64,000 nucleotides of DNA from Dipteris shenzhenensis. Its lineage: Eukaryota. Shown here piece after piece: positions 60,690 through 64,000 of the stretch (within the stretch, counting starts at the first letter, position 1; each line of letters begins with the position of its first letter). The stretch lies in the NCBI GenBank assembly GCA_047967505.1, contig CM106538.1. One strand, given 5' to 3'. The notes below the pieces were generated by a model. It was not told the origin of the DNA, searched no databases, and saw only the letters and a program-made list of their open reading frames with translations. Position numbers and translations under genes: made by a program.

Positions 60690-63600
60690 ATACGCAAGAG
60701 AGAAAACAAGATAGTATGGAGAATAAAAAATTTGATACTGTAGAACTGATACAATAGATGGCACTGCCTCCCAGCCGTGCGCTCCTATGAAAGAAGTTTC
60801 GATGGTATGCTGGAAATAGTAGAATACGGAGGCTGAATGCTAAGGAATCACGGTTGCTGTAGCCAGTGATGAAATGGGCTTCACGAGCTTTCTCTTATAT
60901 AGCTACCAGTCGTAGTCGGTTAGGCTCAATTGGATGATCGACCTAGTCTGCCCAAAACGGTCGACTGGGGGTCGGTCTCGAAATAGGCCACCGACCATAT
61001 GATAGAACCGGTGTGCAAAATAGAGCAACTAATGTACGGTCTCCGTTCGGCCCACAACCATCCAGGATCATATGAGGCTCCAAACGGGCCCCACAACCCA
61101 AGAGTGGGCTACCCCAAGAAATGCTCCATCTACCCTTAGTGTGGTCAGTCAAGGGATGCCTTCCCGCACTTGCATGTAACCTAGTTGGTGGTGAGCCATC
61201 AAGCCATCAGGCCACACATGGCCCCCATTTGGTGTCCAAACCAGGACCTACCAGATAACTGAGCTACTGAAATGCCTTCTCCTCATATGGGGGGCTTACA
61301 AGTAGAGTTAGTTGGTTACTGCGTAGTTACATGAGAGTGGAGCATTGATATCTAACACCCCCCCTCAATGTCCACCTGCAAAAGAACTTACTTTTTTGGC
61401 CCAATGCCAAGTCGATGAAGATGCCTCTCCAACAAGTCTCTTCCAAGAGCCCTCGTGAAGATGTCCGTAGCATTCTCTGTAGTTGGACAGTACACCAAGT
61501 CGACCTCTCCATCCATGATCAGCTTGCATACAAAGTGATATTGAATCTCAATGTGTTTTGTGCGAGCGTGGAACACCAGGTTCTTTGCAATCGCCATGCA
61601 ACTCTGATTGTCACATGATAACTATGTAGGTTTGTTTTGCACTGCACCCATGTCCCCCAAAATCCTCCTCAACCACACTGCTTCACAAGAATCCAAGCAT
61701 TTCGGTTTGCTATTGGTGGCAGTACTATATGGATATCCTAGTCTTGGTTGTCTGGGAAGGAAGCATCCTCCTCCAATTGATGCAGCTATTCTGAGAAGAC
61801 CACATCGTGAATTACAATTACCTTCTTGGTAATAGGGTTATAGAGACGGTAACCCTTCGCCTCTTCATTGTAGCCCAAGAAAATACACTTCCGGCTCTTC
61901 GGTTCCCATTTGGTCCTAGTAGCATCAGGGACATGCACAAAACAGTCACATCCAAAAACTCTGAAATGTGCAGCTGAAGGTTTCTTACCAGAGAAAGCTT
62001 GCAGTGGAGTCATCCCTTTCATAGCCTTTGTAGAGCTACAATTGAGGATGTAAACTATCGTGTTACATACTTTAGCCTAGAAAGCCTTTGGCAATTCTTT
62101 CCCTTTCATCATACTCCGGCCCATTTCGCAGATGATGCGCATCTTGCATTCTGCTACTCCATTTTGCTGTGATGTATGTGGCGGAGGTTTCTGCCTCTTG
62201 ATTCCATGACTTTTGCAGTAACTTTCAAATTCAATTGATGTGAACTCTCCACCTCTGTCTGATCTGAGCTTCTTCACCTTCCTCCCCGATTCTTTTTCGA
62301 CAATTACATGCCATTCCTTGAACCTACTGAGTGTGGACCAAAAAACAATGCCATTATTAAAATGTGAGGGTTTGTATGCCTAAATGGTACCATAATTGGT
62401 AGAATTCTTGTTTGAAATATATTCTAAAATTCTTACCTCATTTGTTACATTTGGATCAATTGCCCTTGATGCACCCCAATTTTGGTTCTAGGTGGGGTAT
62501 TGATTAAAAAATGATAAAATCTATTTAAATGTGAGGCTTTGGAAGTATAAATGGTATAGGATTGTTGGTTTCATTGTCTCCTAAACCCTTACCAGGTTTT
62601 GTTCCATTTGGGTCAATGTTGCCCAATTTAGTGTCTCGGTGACGTATGGATTAAAACACAATGCCATCTATTTAAAAAAATTTTAGTTTCCTTAACTGGC
62701 CTTCTCATAAATCCCTCATTGGCATTATGCTTGGTTTCCATTTCCACATCAACTTGTCCAACTATAATCACACTATTAGGTGACCCAGGCAGCTCCATGG
62801 TCAAATACCTCCCTTCTCTTTCCATTAAGCCCTTCAAATGATAATCATATTGAGGCTATGTCAAGGCATGTTCCATGCAGAAGAAAATTGAGGAAACATC
62901 ACTGGCCATAGCGAAAAAAGGTGCCACCATTAGCTTCCACAGCGCTTGTGCACAAACCACAACCATGCGACACCCTTGGAATGAAATTATCCAGGAAGCA
63001 AAGGGATAGTACTACCAACTTTGAAGCATCTTGAGCAAGCAACCGTTTAAAGCTTCATCTTTCATCTTCAGGAAGTATATCCATATCCTTTTAGTGTAGT
63101 CGTCGATTAGCTTCATGAAGTAGAAGGAACCACCCAAAGCTTCCATCTCCATCTTTCCACAGAGGTCCGTGTGAACGAGCTCTAGAGGAGCCTTTGCTCT
63201 GCTGGCCTCTTTAGGAAAGGGCTGCCGATACTACTTGCCCATCATGCAAGCTTCACATACATCAGGCAAATCTGAATTTTTTGGTAGGTCTGCAATCATT
63301 CCACTTTTATGCATCTCCTTCAAAGAACTAAGGTTTAGATGACCAAACCTCTCATGCCACAACTTAGTGTTCTTCACATCCACTCGAGCACTAAAAGCTG
63401 AGAGTTCGTAAATGTTGTTGCACCGTGTACCTTTACCAACAACCTTTCCTTGAAGATCCAGGATTTGTACACCATTCTTATCGAATTGAACTTTGAGGTC
63501 CCGATCCGTGATCCCAGAAACAGACAACAAGTTCCTCTTGATATCTGGTACATAAAGAACATCGGACAACTATTTTACAACTCCATCTGACTTGAGAGCA

Positions 63601-64000
63601 ATCATACCTTTTCCTTTTGCTAGACATTTTGCATCATTGCCAACTGCTACCATGATGTCATCCCCTACCGGCTATAGAGAGGTATACCAATCCTATCGAC
63701 TGGTCATGTGGCATGATGCACCACTGTCAATGATCCAAGGTTCATCCACAGGTACATGAACTACCTCCGTGCAAATCTCCTCAATTGTGACGAACAGCTC
63801 TATTGGTATTGTCTGCGTGCTATTGCTGAACTCTTTCTTCACTCCGTTCTTCTCATCTGCAATCTTCTTGTAGCACTCATTTCGCTTGTGCTCTGCCTTG
63901 TTGCAATAGAAGCACTTGATCTTCACCTTTCTCTTTTTATCATCAGAAGAAGATGGGTTACTAGAGTCCTTACCCTTACCTTTCTTTGATCCGGTCTAGA
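60690..64000 (-). mobile_element. Ty1/copia element related to the 2302-6563 element, RT deleted, running off the window end
   Basis: Knuckle CFYCNKAEHKRNEC, protease WIIDSGASCHMT, LWHERFGHL, IN LRSDRGGEF/QQNGVAE, RNase H C-terminus 61388-61690, PPT 61358-61366, LTR starting TGTTAGA at 61357; LTR far end uncertain. Confidence 0.93.
62331..63040. other. ~710-bp unrelated insertion within the copia integrase
   Basis: Integrase frame LKMKDEAL (ending ~63048) resumes as SRFKEW (from ~62328); insert has internal repeats and no clear TSD. Confidence 0.75.

Overview
Eukaryotic, transposon-saturated land-plant DNA (species not identifiable from the sequence; CpG-depleted, heterochromatin-like). It is almost all nested, decayed LTR retrotransposons: four Ty1/copia elements, several Ty3/gypsy fragments, and five short non-autonomous LTR elements. 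There are also remnants of CACTA, hAT and plant-mobile-domain sequences, one hAT-type MITE, and a single candidate host gene (225-aa coiled-coil ORF at 29977-30654 in a CpG-rich island). The main observation is a group of four related non-autonomous LTR elements (9764-13590, 14624-17110, 20762-23128, 23860-~25440). They share a scaffold: tRNA-Met PBS, conserved leader motifs, a TAGACAYTGCC-loop-GGTAAGACC hairpin just before the start codon, and (in three of them) a conserved 3' tract whose CATCAATTTGT is complementary to ACAAATTGATG at the LTR start. Each carries a different cargo ORF: full gag, a 62-codon gag relic, or a zinc-knuckle-first ORF. Other notable items are a 174-bp flanking duplication around a copia element, a three-LTR tandem array with an apparent gene-conversion tract, and a triplicated PPT. 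All alignments and counts were made by eye; protein family calls come from recalled motifs, not from database searches.
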